DNA of 62,876 bases, the filler included, from Chiloscyllium plagiosum (lineage: Eukaryota), in NCBI RefSeq assembly GCF_004010195.1. It is 3 parts of one record of this genome, joined end to end, with 100 filler letters (N's around TTAATTAATTAA, not from the genome) between each part and the next. Parts side by side here need not be neighbours in the genome. Positions count along the whole stretch, not along the records: positions 47,053 to 62,876 come from NC_057714.1; 2 more parts are not named here. One strand, written 5' to 3'. Shown in pieces: positions 62,282 through 62,876 of this stretch. Each line of letters begins with the position of its first letter. The stretch's first letter is position 1. The position numbers and the translations under genes were made by a program. The notes below the pieces were generated by a model. It saw only the letters and a list, made by a program, of their open reading frames with translations. It had not been told where the DNA came from and made no database searches.

Positions 62282-62876
62282 AGCAGTGACAGTAGGACAC
62301 CATTTGTCCATCATGCCCTACAGCAGATTAGTGAGTATTTGGGAATAAACATGAGATAACACTGTGCCTACCACTAAACGAGGGGGAGGGCAGCGGAAAG
62401 AGAAAATTCTACCATAAAAAATAAATTGACAAAATGCTGTGAGGAACTAGGGATGACATGGACAAAGGCACTTCCAATTGTGCTAATGTGTATGAGATCT
62501 AGGAGGAGAGGGAGAGCTAATCTTAGCCCGTTTGAGATTTTTTTTGTTAGGCCGCCAATCACAGGAATTGTCCCGAGATGTAAGAGAAGCCAGATAACAA
62601 GCCCCTGTGAGGATGAGATGTGTTACTGCATGAAACTCTCTACACTTCTGTCCCAAATACAGAATCAAGTGAAGACAGCACTACCCCAATCATCAGAAGG
62701 GAAGATGTACGATCTATAACCTGGATCCTGAATAGTGGCGAAAGACTTCAGGAGGGAAAACAGGAAGGCGAAGAGGTGGCTGGGACCGTTTCAAGTACGC
62801 CTTACAGCACAGATAGCTGTTAAGATCGCCGGAACAGTCCCGTGGATACACACCAGCCATTACAAACTTGCAGCTG
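62282..62876 (+). pseudogene. pol: Endogenous retrovirus (class I / epsilon-like) integrase core and C-terminal domain, truncated by the window edge
   Basis: One frame with 4 stops: SSDSRTPFVHHALQQISEYLGINMR*HCAYH*TRGRAAERENSTIKNKLTKCCEELGMTWTKALPIVLMCMR...LSPFEIFF..P...*PGS*IVAKDFRR..KRWLGPFQV.LTAQIAVKIA..WIHTSHYK. D and E are exactly 35 residues apart. Confidence 0.85.

Overview
Repeat-dense vertebrate genomic DNA, very probably from a shark. The evidence is HE1-like tRNA-derived SINEs that share a 3' tail with abundant CR1/HER1-like LINEs, plus DeuSINE-like relics. I recognise no host protein-coding gene; the longer ORFs I can interpret are transposon fragments or artefacts of N-gaps. The window holds about 20 CR1 fragments, three SINE families, a Rex1/Babar LINE, a Tx1/L1 3' end, an L2 relic, two decayed Ty3/Gypsy LTR elements, and an ERV-type integrase (D-35-E, GPF, WIH) at the right edge. 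The most interesting signal is a set of Penelope-like element (PLE) derivatives from at least three subfamilies. Most carry a minimal type I hammerhead ribozyme motif (CUGANGA, stem II, GAAAC-GUH). Several are short fold-back insertions with 11-15 bp target-site duplications (TSDs), and their inversion axis often sits at the hammerhead's 5' boundary. All family assignments come from motif recognition by eye; no search was run. Coordinates of decayed elements are approximate.
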